From the NCBI RefSeq assembly GCF_036971445.1, contig NC_091474.1, positions 39,494,001-39,558,000 of the forward strand: DNA of 64,000 nt. The letters run 5' to 3'. The notes under the pieces are model-generated. The model saw nothing but the letters and a program-made list of their open reading frames with translations. It did not search any database and was not told where the DNA came from. How positions within the stretch are numbered: position 1 is the stretch's first letter; every line of letters begins with the position of its first letter. This document shows positions 24,398 to 35,972 of this stretch, piece after piece. Source of the stretch: Narcine bancroftii. Lineage: Eukaryota. A program made the translations under genes and the position numbers.

Positions 24398-24722
24398 CTA
24401 TAGAGAAACAAGAAACAGTGAGTATATACCCATCAATTCCCCCCCCACTCATCCCCCCTCCCCCCCACACCGTCTTCCCCAATCCCCCCACCCCAGCACC
24501 CTCCTCCCTCCGCCACCCATTTCCTCAACGCTCTCCTTCCTAATCCCTCAACCCAGCAGTACCCTCCTATTTCTTCCCTCCTTCCCATACCCACCCCACT
24601 CCAGCACCCTCCTCCCCAACCCCCCCACCCCCCACACTGCCACCCTCCCTCCTCCGCCCCCTCCCCCCAACAACCCCTCCTCCAACCTAAGTTCCGGAAT
24701 CCGCCATTGGACACCCACTCGC

Positions 24723-24832
24723 CTTTTGGACACCGAGCCTCGGGCGATGGCTACGCCGTTCTCGCTGCCCTTTCGGGCCGCGGTGGTAGTGGTGGCCGTG
24801 GCAGCGGCGGTGGGATCAATGTTCTGGGCCAT
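24723..24832 (-). CDS. UBE2C: UBE2C exon 1
   Basis: MAQNIDPTAAATATTTTAARKGSENGVAIARGSVSK(R); donor AG|GCGAGT (GC donor). Confidence 0.92.
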
Positions 24833-24899
24833 AATGGCTGTGGAGCGGGACCTAACGCCTGGGTGATGCGGCGCTGCCTCCACAAACACACGCGCGCGC

Positions 24900-25105
24900 G
24901 AATCTTCCTCGCCCGAGCACTTCAACAATCGCACGCCCGGCGATTCCGCCGTTTATTTGAATATTGCACGCGTCAGAATTCCACCAATCGCGCTGCAGTT
25001 TTGATTTGATTGAACCAATGGGCATCAGCTGTTTACATTATGTTGCCAGGTAGCGGATGAGGTCACGGAGTCCGAGACCGGGGAGCCCTGATTGCTATTG
25101 GCCGT
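24900..25105 (-). promoter_or_regulatory. UBE2C promoter/CpG island with a CHR element and CCAAT boxes
   Basis: TTTGAA at 24956-24961; CCAAT at 24984 and 25015 (31 bp apart); ATTGG at 25097; CpG-rich from 24700 to 25100. Confidence 0.75.
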
Positions 25106-25932
25106 ATTATCTCGCCTTCCCTATCGTTCGCTTCAATTTTTAATTTGTTGAAGTCAATTCCGGCCAGTCTGCAAAAGTAATTATAATTGTCAATAAATTG
25201 AAGGAAATGGTTTATGAAGTTGCCAGATTTCGGTAATTGTTGAATCCAGCAAAAATTGGCAATAAAATCGCAAGGTGGTGCACACAACGAGAAACTGGAG
25301 GGATTCAGCAGGTAAGGGAGCAACCGTGAAGAGAAATGGACGAGCAACATTATGAACAGTCACGCTGGTCTCACTTTCATCTCGCCAGCCTCAACATCCG
25401 CCACATCTTCACCAGCAGACATACCTTCCCCTCCCCACCCCACCCCTTCCCGTCTTTCCCTGGCCTGCAGTATCTCTCCGCCCCCACCAGGACGATAAAC
25501 CCACACAGGATTCTGTTGTCACCGTGGTTAAGTGAAAAGAAATGCTGGAGAAACTCAGCAGGTTAAACAGTGCCTTTTAGTAGCAACATTTCGGGCTTGA
25601 GCCCTTCATCAAGGTGTGGGGGAACATGAGAGATGTCCGAACAAAAGGGGGGGGGGGAGTGGTGAGGAGGGGGGAATGATAGGTGGGGGTGGGGGGGGGG
25701 GGTTGGGGGAGGAGTTTAGGCTAGGTGGAGAGAGAAAGGAACTAGAAGTTGGTGTCCAATTGGTGGGGTAGAGTGAAAAGGCCATGGACAGACGAATGAG
25801 TGTGACTCAGAAATGAAATGGTCTCCCTGATGAGGGAGACAGTTTTGTTTTAAATGCACCACGTCCATCCTAATTTCAGTGTACTCGATGTCACCTCTAT
25901 TGGTGATAACATAGTGCTTTGCCATCCTAAGG

Positions 25933-27400
25933 TGTATGCTGAATTATGCACCATCAATTACTAGAAAGACTTGTTGAGAAACCAGTAGGTTTTTATTCAC
26001 TTAATGGCACATCTATACTTTTCAACTGCCCTGCACTGAGGAGGGAGCTGTGGAACAGTCACCTTTTCAGGAGCCTGTGGGGAGGGGGCCACAGGTACAA
26101 TCAGCCAACAGGTGTGCCTGACCAGACAATTATAAGCAACAGTGGTTTACCACATTCTGCCCTTGTTTTTAAAAAGATCCGAGCAGGGTAAAGTCACAGG
26201 TTCAGTCTTTCAGACAGTCTGGCCTTTCACTGGGACCGTTGTAGCACTGGTTGTGGCTGCAGCGGGGACAGGAAGGGTCTCGGGTGTCTGGATGTACTCA
26301 TCAATGTTATGCTGGTGAGTAGGCGCTGATGAGTCCACTGTATCTTCCCTGAAGGCAGAGGCAGGATACCAGGAGTCGGGTGCATTGTGTGTATTCAACG
26401 GAGAGCGGGGTAAGAAGTGATCAGCAGTGGTCTCCAGGGCCCCTGAGGGAGCCAAGTCCATGACAGAGACTGTGTCTTGGTGCCCGTCAGGAAATGCGAC
26501 AAAGGCATATTGGGGGTCGGCATGGAGGAGGTGGACCCTTTTGACCAAGGTCAGAATTATGGCTCCTCACATTGGACAGGCCCTGGAGACGTAAGTTACA
26601 CCAGTATTATGTGCCTCCCGGATCACCTCATGCCAATGGGAAACTGGGAGGCCCTTAGACCACAAGGTCCATTCTCCCTTTCCACTTGACTGTTACCCTG
26701 GGGGTTGGCCCCTGGCCAACAGGTACTGGTGCAGCTCATCACTCATAAAGGAAGGCCCCTGGTCACTGTGGCTATAACTGGGGAACCTAAACAGAGTGAA
26801 GAGGCCTTGATGAATGTGGCAGCAGTTATGACCAAGCAGAGGATGCCAAATGGAAGTCAGGAATATTCGTCATTGATGTTAATACACATTGTGGTCAGTG
26901 GAGGGCAGGGGTCCTTTGAAATATACACTGAGTCACTCAAAAAGGTGGTGGCTTTAATTAATTGTGCCCTGTCTGGCCGGTAGAAGTGCGGCTTGTACTC
27001 AGCGCAGACCTGGTAGTTCTTTGTTAAGGACCTGATCTCACCGATGGAGTACGGTGCTTGACAAAATGAAAAAATCTGATAACTCCGGGGTGAGAGAGAT
27101 AATTGAGGAGGCTTTGCAGCCAATCAGTCTGTGTGCTAGCACAGGTTCCACAGAATAGTCTGTCTGGCAGCTCATTAAGTTTCCCCAGCCGGTACAAAAT
27201 ATCATAATTGTAATCCTCCACCTCAGTATTTTGTCATTTTTGATTTTACCCCACTGCTGATTGTTAAACATGAACCCAACTGCAGATTGATCAGTCAGCA
27301 GGATGAATCTCTTACTGGCCAGTGCCACACTGCATCATCAATAGCTTCGGCCTCTTTCTCAACTGAGGAGTGCATCCCAGGACAGATTCCCTGACTGCCC
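25933..27400 (-). mobile_element. Gypsy LTR retrotransposon 3' half (RNaseH/integrase remnants and LTR 25933-26154)
   Basis: SSVEKEAEAI, FILLTDQSAVGFMF..KIKNDKILRWR, C..CAEYKPHFY, LLHADPQYAFVAFPDGHQDTVS; TG..CA LTR with an adjacent purine tract. Confidence 0.85.
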
Positions 27401-27404
27401 TCAC

Positions 27405-29266
27405 AGTAGACGCCTTCAACAGATTTTGTACTTGAGCAACTGGTTAACGGACAGTGGCAGCTGCTGGCCTTTTTCAGTAAACATTTCAGGCCATTCAAAA
27501 CTCAAGTACAGTGTCTTTGATAGGGTGCTTTTAGCATTATACCTGACATTTCGACATTTCCGTTACTTCCTAAAGGGCAGGAAGTTCAAAATTTACACAG
27601 ACCACAAACCACTTACCTTTGCTTTCTGCAAGGTGTCAGAGACCTGTGGTTAGCCAGGCAACAGCGGCACCTGTCCTACATATCTGAATTTTCAAGACAT
27701 TGAACATATCGCTGGCAAGTCCAACGTGGTAGCTGATGCCCTATCATGTCCGGCCATTCTCGCAGTGCACGACCCCGCCCCAGGTATCGTCTATGTGGCC
27801 CTAGCAGATGCCCAGCAAGCAGACCCTGACATACCAGCATACTGGACAGCACTTACCGGCCTGCAACTGGAGGACAGAACGTCCCAGGTAACCGCAAACT
27901 GCACTGTGATACCTCGACTTGTTAACCACGCCCTGTCTTTCCGGTCGCATTGGAGGAGACGAATTTTCAATTTGGTCCACAATTTGGCTCCCCCTGCTAT
28001 CAGGACTACAGTTAGAATGGTGGCCAACAGGTATGTCTGGCATGGCCTCCGTAAAGAGGTCACTCAGTGGGCCAAAAAATATACTCAGTGCCAGGCATCC
28101 AAGGTCCAGGCTCACATTAAAGTCCCTACGCAGCCTTTTGAACCAACATGCCACCGTTTCAGCCACATGCACATGGACATTGTGGGGCACCTACCTATCT
28201 ATATCTAGAGGTGCATGTTATCTATTGAGCTTGGTCGATCGGATGACTAGATGGCCAGAGGTGGCGCTGCTACCTGAACTCTCCATGGAGTCATGTGCAT
28301 GGGCATTACTGAACACCTGGGTGGCACATTTTGGGGTCCCTGAACACTTAACATCTGACAGGGGGACCCAATTCACTTCCAGCCTGTGGACCACCTTAGC
28401 AAATGCCCTGGGGACTCATCTCCAGCATACCACCCACAGGTCAATGGGCTGGTGGAGAGGTTCCACAAGCACCTGAAGACAGCTCTGATGGCCAGACTCA
28501 CCGGACCGAACTGGGCAGATGAACCCCCTTGCTCCTGCTAGATATCTACACCGCCCTGAAAGGGGGATATCCTGGGGCCACATTGTCTCGACTGCACTAG
28601 CCCCAGTTAAGCCCAGACAGAGCTCATGGGAAATTCAGCACCGTTGTCCCAAAAAACTGCAGACTGTCACTATATTTTCGTCCGATGTGGGGCCCACTCT
28701 TCAATGACCTTATAAAGGGCCATACCACGTCCTCAGACACAATGGCTCCACCTGCATGTTAGACATTGGCGGCAGGGAGGAGACCTTCATGCTCCACTGG
28801 TTGAAACTGGCCCATTTGGACATTAACCAGCCGATTACTCACCCGACCCTATGGCACAGGGGTCGACTGCCAAAAGATGGTGTCCCGATCGCCGGTTCAG
28901 GGTGGTGGGGGGGTTGTGTAGCAGTCTGCGGCCCACTCCACGGGCTGACACAGCAAACAGTCATCAAACATGACAGTTGGGCAGACAGTTGGGATGCCTG
29001 CTCTCATAGGATGCAGGAATAGCAGTCAAATCGGCCAATCACAGCTTGCGGATCGCAGGGCATCCAATCCAGGTCCACACATGCGGGACAACCAATCAGC
29101 AGCTGGCATCGCTCAAGTCATGCTCCGGTGGTGACATGGCCGGCTGCCTATAAAAGGCAGAGCTGCAGCCCAATAAAGTCAGTGTCAATTACACTCCCTT
29201 GGTGTGCCAGTCTTCTTTCTAACCTTGAGCTACAACCCAAGCTAGAACCATAGCGACCCCGCTACA
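27405..29266 (+). mobile_element. Gypsy LTR retrotransposon 3' half (RNaseH, integrase, PPT, LTR 28917-29266)
   Basis: FRYFLKGRKFKIYTDHKPLTFA, VVADALS, CQASKV, HMDIVG, HFGVPEHLTSDRGTQFTS; G-rich PPT, then TGTAGC...GCTACA with TATAAAA and AATAAA. Confidence 0.88.
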
Positions 29267-30060
29267 ATGTTTAAATCCAAGGGCATGAACACTGAAGTTT
29301 TCAATTTCAAACCGATCTCTCCTTTCCACATTAGTCTTGAAAAAGCGACCCAATCAGAAATGTTGACTTGTCTATTTTTCTCCATGGATGATCTCCATGG
29401 AGATCTGCTTGAACTCTTTCTCAGTATTTGCAAAAAATGGCAAATCAATAAAGAAATGTAAAACAGGGTTAATGTTTTTTGGCTTTCCTTTGATCTAGAA
29501 TGCAACACCATTACAGCACCAAGGATCCAAGTTTGAATCTGGCACTGTGGGTTTCCTCCCATGTTCCAAAGATATACAGGGTAAGGTCAATTGGTCACAT
29601 GGGTGTTTTTGGGTGGCGTGGGTTGAAAGGGTCTGTTTCTGTGCTGAATCTCTAAATTAAAATTAATGTCCATGATTGCTTAGCAAGGTCAGAGACTTTT
29701 GATGCCAAAGTCTGCCCACACCTTCCTATCTGTCTAATCCCTGCTGCTTTTCTATAAATAACCAGCCCTGACATTATTCCTATCCAGTGTTTATTTGTGG
29801 GCAGATGAGAACAAGAGGATGTTCAGCCTAATGATCCTCTCATTAAGTCCCATATTCTGTTCCAAACTGCTCACCTTCCCTCCCTCATTTGTTTCCACTC
29901 TTCACCTTCCTTTTAAAAAAAATCAGATTCCATAATCCACAACACTTTGTTGTCTTCACATATCACCTCCCAGCATCTGTTGAGATCTCCATCCTGTCCT
30001 CCCCCAAGAGACTGCATCTGCTAGATATTGCCCCGACCTTCCCCTTCACCTCTTTATACT

Positions 30061-32092
30061 GGCTTCTTCTTTGGCTTGGCTTCGCGGACGAAGATTTATG
30101 GAGGGGTAATGTCCACGTCAGCTGCAGGCTCGTTTGTGGCTGACAAGTCCGATGCGGGACAGGCAGACATGGTTGCAGCGGTTGCAAGGGAAAATTGGTT
30201 GGTTGGGGTTGGGTGTTGGGTTTTTCCTCCTTTGTCTTTTGTCAGTGAGGTGGGCTCTGCGGTCTTCTTCAAAGAGGTTGCTGCCCGCCGAACTGTGAGG
30301 TGCCAAAATGCACGGTTTGAGGCAATATCAGCCCACTGGCAGTGGTCAATGTGGCAGGCACCAAGAGATTTCTTTAGACAGTCCTTTTAACTCTTCTTTG
30401 GTGCACCTCTGCCTCGGTGGCCAGTGGAGAGCTCGCCATATAACACGATCTTGGGAAGGCGATGGTCTTCTATTCTGGAGACGAGACCTACCCAGCGCAG
30501 TTGGATCTTCAGCAGCGTGGATTAGATGCTGTCGGCCTCTGCCATCTCGAGTACTTTGATGTTGGAGATGAAGTCGCTCCAATGAATGTTGAGGATGGAG
30601 CGGAGACAACGCTGGTGGAAGCGTTCTAGGAGCCGTAGGTGATGCCGGTAGAGGAATCATGATTCGGAGCCTAACAGGTGTGTGGGTATGACAACGGCTC
30701 TGTATATGCTAATCTTTGTGAGGTTTTTCAGTTGGTTGTTTTGCCAGACTCTTTTGTGTAGTCTTCCAAGGCGCTATTTGCCTTGGCGAGTCTGTTGTCT
30801 ATCTCGTTGTCGATCCTTGCATCCGATGAAATGGTGCAGCTGAGATAGGTAAACTGGTTGACCGTTTTGAGTTTTGTGTGCCCGATGGAGATGTGGGGGG
30901 GCTGGTAGTCATGGTGGGGAGCTGGCTAATGGAGGACCTCGGTTTTCTTCAGGCTGATTTCCGGGCCAAACATTTTAGCAGTTTTCGCAAAACAGGACAT
31001 CAAGCGCTGAAGAGCTGGCTCTGAATGGGCAACTAAAGCGGCATTGTCTGCAAAGAGTAGTTCACGGACAAGTTGCTCTTGTGACTTGGTGTGAGCTTGC
31101 AGGCGCCTCAGATTGAAGAGACTGCCATCCGTGCGGTACCGGATGTAAACAGCGTCTTCATTGTTGAGGTCTTTCATGGGTTGTTTTAGCATCATGCTAA
31201 AAGATTGAAAAGAAGGTTGATACGAGAACGCAGCCTTGCTTCACACCATTGTTAATGGAGAAGGGTTCAGAGAGATCATTGCTGTATCTGACCTGACCTT
31301 GTTGGTTTTCGTGCAGTTGGATAACCATGTTGAGGAACTTTGGGGGGCATCCGAGGCGCTCTAGTATTTGCCAAAGCCCTTTCCTACTCACGGTGTCGAA
31401 GGCTTTGGTGAGGTCAACAAAGGTGATGTAGAGTCCTTTGTTTTGTTTTCTGCACTTTTCTTGGAGCTGTCTGAGGGCAAAGACCATGTCAGTAGTTCCT
31501 CTGTTTGCGCGAAAGCCGCACTGTGATTCTGGGAGAACATTTTCGGCGACACTAGGTATTATTCTATTTAGGAGAATCCTAGCGAAGATATTGCTTGCAA
31601 TGGAGAGCAGTGTGATTCCCCTGTAGTTTAAGCAGTCTGATTTCTCGCCTTTGTTTTTGTACAGGGTGATGATGATGGCATCACGAAGGTCCTGAGGCAG
31701 CTTTCCTTGGTCCCAGCAGAGCTTGAAAAACTCATGCAGTTTGGCATGCAGAGTTTTGCCACCAGACCTCTGGGGGGGGGGGGGGATTCCATCCATACCT
31801 GCTGCTTTGCCATTTTTCAGTTGTTCAATTGCCTTATATGTCTCTTCCCGGGTGAGGACCTCATCCAGCTCTAGCCTTAAGGGCTGTTGAGGGAACTGGA
31901 GCAGGGTGGATTTTTGGACTGAGCGGTTGGCACTGAAAAGAGATTGGAAGTGTTCTGACCATCAGTTGAGGATGGAGATCTTGTCGCTGAGGAGGACTTT
32001 GCCGTCTGAGCTGCGCAGCGGGCTTTGGACTTGGGGTGAGGGGCCGTACACAGCCTTTACAGCCTCATAAAAACCCCTGAAGTCGCCAATAT
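30061..32092 (-). mobile_element. RTE-clade LINE, 5'-truncated, relatively young
   Basis: NYRGITLLS, ESQCGFRANRGTTDM, FVDLTKAFD, GVKQGCVL, LLFADN, C-terminal CNHVCLSRIGLVSHKRAC, short AAG-repeat tail. Confidence 0.92.
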
Positions 32093-34539
32093 CTGACAAC
32101 ACTGACTGTCCATTTCCATCCTCAGAAGTTGTGTGATCTGTTGAATTCCTTCAGAGGACTGTTTTTTTTGCTCCAGACTCCAGCAGCTGTTGTCTCTCCA
32201 AATTTTCCTTTTGATCGTCTCTCAATTCCTATTTCATCCAATTAATTTTTCTCAGTTCACCTACATAGCTTAATGTTTTGGTTCTAACCTCAGAAGTGAT
32301 TCCAAGTTACATTGTAAGATTTGAAAGCTGGATACTCTCCAGTTGATATACCAAGATTTGCTTCAATGAACTTGATCTCACCATCAACTAACAATGGAGG
32401 AATCAAAGTGAATAACCTCATATTTTGTGCTCCTTGAGCCATGCTATTGTCAACTCATTATTGGTTATAGCCTCTTGAAACCTTTTTAGCATAAATTACC
32501 TTTCATTTTCCAAAACTGGAGTTGTAGTTCATAAAACCCTTGTTTTTCACTCTTTATTTACTTGGAAAGCCAAAGTATTGTAGGGTACTCTGAAATTGGT
32601 GGTAAATGCAATTAGTGTAGATAGTAATTGACATATGCTTGATTGTCCAAAAGGCCCACCTCAGCATTGAATATCACCAGGACCAGATTCTTTTAAACAT
32701 TTTTTTTCTCTTAACTAGTAGTCATTACTTTTTATTTTTTTCATTTGGACTGAAATCTTGGTCCATCAGCATTACTGGGAGGTTCTCGAGTGAATGTCAC
32801 TTCCTGAAGTGGAGGTTGGTGAGGGAGAATCACAACTGTCCTAACTCTCAGGGCCCCATCCCCCTTGGTGCTCGCCTTCCTACAATCGGCAAAAGTGTCC
32901 TGAGCCAGACCCTGACTCTCCGTGGATGCTATCTGATTTGCAGAGTCTTCTCATTACTGGCTACAAAGAACAGCCCAGCCCAGACATACATTGAAGCTTT
33001 AGTCTGTCACAACCCACACCTTTAAGAACAAATGACTTTGTTTCTCACTCCATATTCCTATATCCCAGTTAGCACATCTGCTAATTTTTCACGCATCCAC
33101 ATTACCTGGGAATCTTCATAAATAGAGGAATTTGGTTTAGCAAAGGTAACCAGTCAAGCCACAAGACCACACTGTCAGGCATTGCAAGGTTGTTTGTTTT
33201 GCCAACACGTGAATTAAAGACCAAGGTATACAGTTATTGTTTGATTTTCACATTTTTGATCTATATTTTTTAATATTCCAACCCCAATTTACCAGAAAAT
33301 TTGTACCATTATTATGGTCCCTTTAGCTTGTCCCTGATTGTGTGTCTGATCATGGGTTTAGACATCAAGAAATAGTATGAGAAGAAATGTCTATAGCTCT
33401 ATTTGGGATATAATGTGAGCCACAGGATGTCATTTTGAGTTGGTGAAATAAAGCAGCAGACCATGACCCCAACACCCAGCCACATTGGCTCAGCTGATAT
33501 CAGTAACAACTAAGCAGCAAGCACTACCACGTACATCAGGTACACAAACCACAATACTTTCAGACAGATGAAAATGGACAACTGTTACAGAGAAAAATCT
33601 TTTAATTGACATCAATTTTAAGAAAAATACAGATCTCCAAACTCAGAGTTAAATAGCTAGGCATGGTTGAAGCTTGCTTTTGATTCTTTTATGTTTTTGA
33701 TCTACAATGCTAGAGGGAAACATTCCTCATTAATAATTCAGCCACTTGTGTAAGCGTGCACAATTTAAAGCTCAAAGTTTCAAGGCAGACACTCTGACAC
33801 TGTGCTGCATTCAAATGCAGTGCAAAAAGCCAGTAACGTCATTACCAGAGGATTGGGCAGCTCATCTCAAAAAGAATTCCAGTGTGACAGAGGAATCAGA
33901 CCAGAGCATCTATGCAACAGGTTAGTTGTATTAATTTAATATTTGTATTCATTTTTTAAATCTAAAGGAATACTATCCATTCTGATCCCATGTTCCTGAT
34001 GTAATTATACAGGCTCCAGAGCCTCAATCATAACTTCTCCACTCCTGTGAACTATTTATAATTAACACATGTATTACAGAACAGATAAAAAAGGCTATAT
34101 CCATTCACTTGGTAGAAAACACCATCCAGCTCTACATAGTTATGGCAGGCTCTACTACTCACAACATGTTTTGGAACAGTCACCACAATTCTTAGTTCTT
34201 GCAAGTCAGCCATTGACAGAGGACTGTTTCCCGTTGGACCAGATTCCTCCAAGACCCAACTGGACTCCTCAAGAGAACTTCAGACGCAGGCTTTACAGAG
34301 CACAAGCACATAGGGGCGTAATTTACACATGACTAAGGTCACTTATTTCAAAGGATGACCAGCCCTGGTCTTTTCAATGCTTTGTACTCATTTGACAATC
34401 CTAAGTGCTGTGAGGATCATTTTCAGGAACACTCGTGATAGAAACTAGAAACATCCAAGTCCTTCAAAGGACTAACTATATTACTGGACACTTGGTCAAT
34501 CCTGGCAATAAAAACTTCTATCCTCACTATCTTTCCCTT

Positions 34540-34648
34540 CTACTCCTTCTCTGTCCGTACAGCCAACATATATTTCTGCATCTTTTCCAGCATCCACACT
34601 GGAACAACAAATGGTCGGAGTTCATCCAGTCTCAGGTCAGGACAGTCC
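34540..34648 (-). CDS. DNTTIP1: DNTTIP1 exon 13 (coding part)
   Basis: DCPDLRLDELRPFVVPVWMLEKMQKYMLAVRTEKE*. Confidence 0.94.
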
Positions 34649-35916
34649 CTGTAACATCATGTGGAACATGGTTTAATATGCTGAAATGTGAACATGGAAA
34701 CTTACACTGTAAACACAGGCAGAGAGAGGGGCGCTGTTAAATGTAAAAGATTGGATTGGTGTGAGATGCACAGAAGGACACCAGTCCACATATTTTGCCT
34801 GTTTAAAAGAATAGCTCATTAATCCTTTCACTTTGCAACAGTTTTCTATTTATTTACATACCCAAATTCAATCATTTTTTGGATATTGATATTGCTGACA
34901 AACCCATGATTCATTGCTCATCTTTAAACATCTGAGGTGGTAATGGGAAGCTACCATGAATTGCTGGAGTCTTTCATGTAAAAGTCCTCCCATTGTACTG
35001 CTGGGCAGGGTGTAATAAGGTTTTGACCCAGTTACATTCCAGATCAGGATGGCATTCAACAGAGGAGAAACCAGATTTTGGTATTTCTGTGAACCTGAAT
35101 TTGTGTCCTGCTTGGTGCTATAGATCATAGGTTTTAGACGTGCCATTATATTAGTATATGCAAATAACTGCATTGCCTTTTGTAAAGTGTGTACACTGCA
35201 GCAATAGTGCAAAGCTGGAGTGAATGAATGTTTAATATTATCAATCATGTATCAATCACAATTATGTGATTATGTGTATCACACACAATTATGGAATATG
35301 CTCAACATACAGGGTATTTAGAATATCAGGGTATATGTCTTTTTTTGAAAATCAAATGTTTTATGTATGAAAGGAGGAGTGTCATTTTAACATGGTTACA
35401 GATTAGTTAAAAGAACATAAAATGAAGGACTCAATAGGCCATTGCTCACTTGGTGCCACAAGAATCAGTCATGGCCTTTGAGATATTGGAATTTATACTA
35501 ATAACAGAAGGAAAGACAGTTTAATATCAATGTAAGACAATAACAACTCACTGGGAAGAATAAAGGAATGTTTCAGGTTGAAGATCTCTTCATCAGAACT
35601 GGGAAGGAAAGAAAAGCTGCAGGGAGGGTGAGGGAGCTGACTAAACCCTCCCCCCACCCCCCTCATGGATCTGACTGCAACATCATGGCACGTCTTTATT
35701 CTTCATTTCGCATTGGATATAGAAAAAAATTAAAAGAACTTGGGCTTAGGCTGGATTCAAATTGGCCTTTGTCAAGTGGGGTTTGAGTTGGATTTTAATT
35801 TTATCCCTCCTTATTCTCTGCCATCTGATGATTTTTAATATCTCATGTTCTTTGCTTTATCTTTCTTAGTGGGTCTAGCTTAGAATGCTGAGTCATTTAG
35901 TTACAAGAGTTCTCAC

Positions 35917-35972
35917 CTGTAGTCATCACTGGCTGCCAGTTCTCGAATGTCATTTTCTATTAGCAGGTAGGC
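35917..35972 (-). CDS. DNTTIP1: DNTTIP1 exon 12
   Basis: AYLLIENDIRELAASDDY(R), 56 nt. Confidence 0.95.

Larger units (their letters stand above)
20551..24832 (-). other. UBE2C: UBE2C gene span (start to stop), ubiquitin-conjugating enzyme E2 C, 6 coding exons, 179 aa
   Basis: Exons of 110+28+87+205+60+50 = 540 nt join in frame. Confidence 0.97.

Noticed and set aside
24833-24934. N-terminal extension of UBE2C suggested by the ORF track
   Set aside because: It starts at a non-ATG codon in the promoter/5'UTR; the ATG at 24832 matches the conserved MA.QN.DP start.
34868-35248. 126-aa ORF in DNTTIP1 intron 12
   Set aside because: No family motifs; exon 12 splices to exon 13 in frame without it; appears to include decayed repeat sequence.
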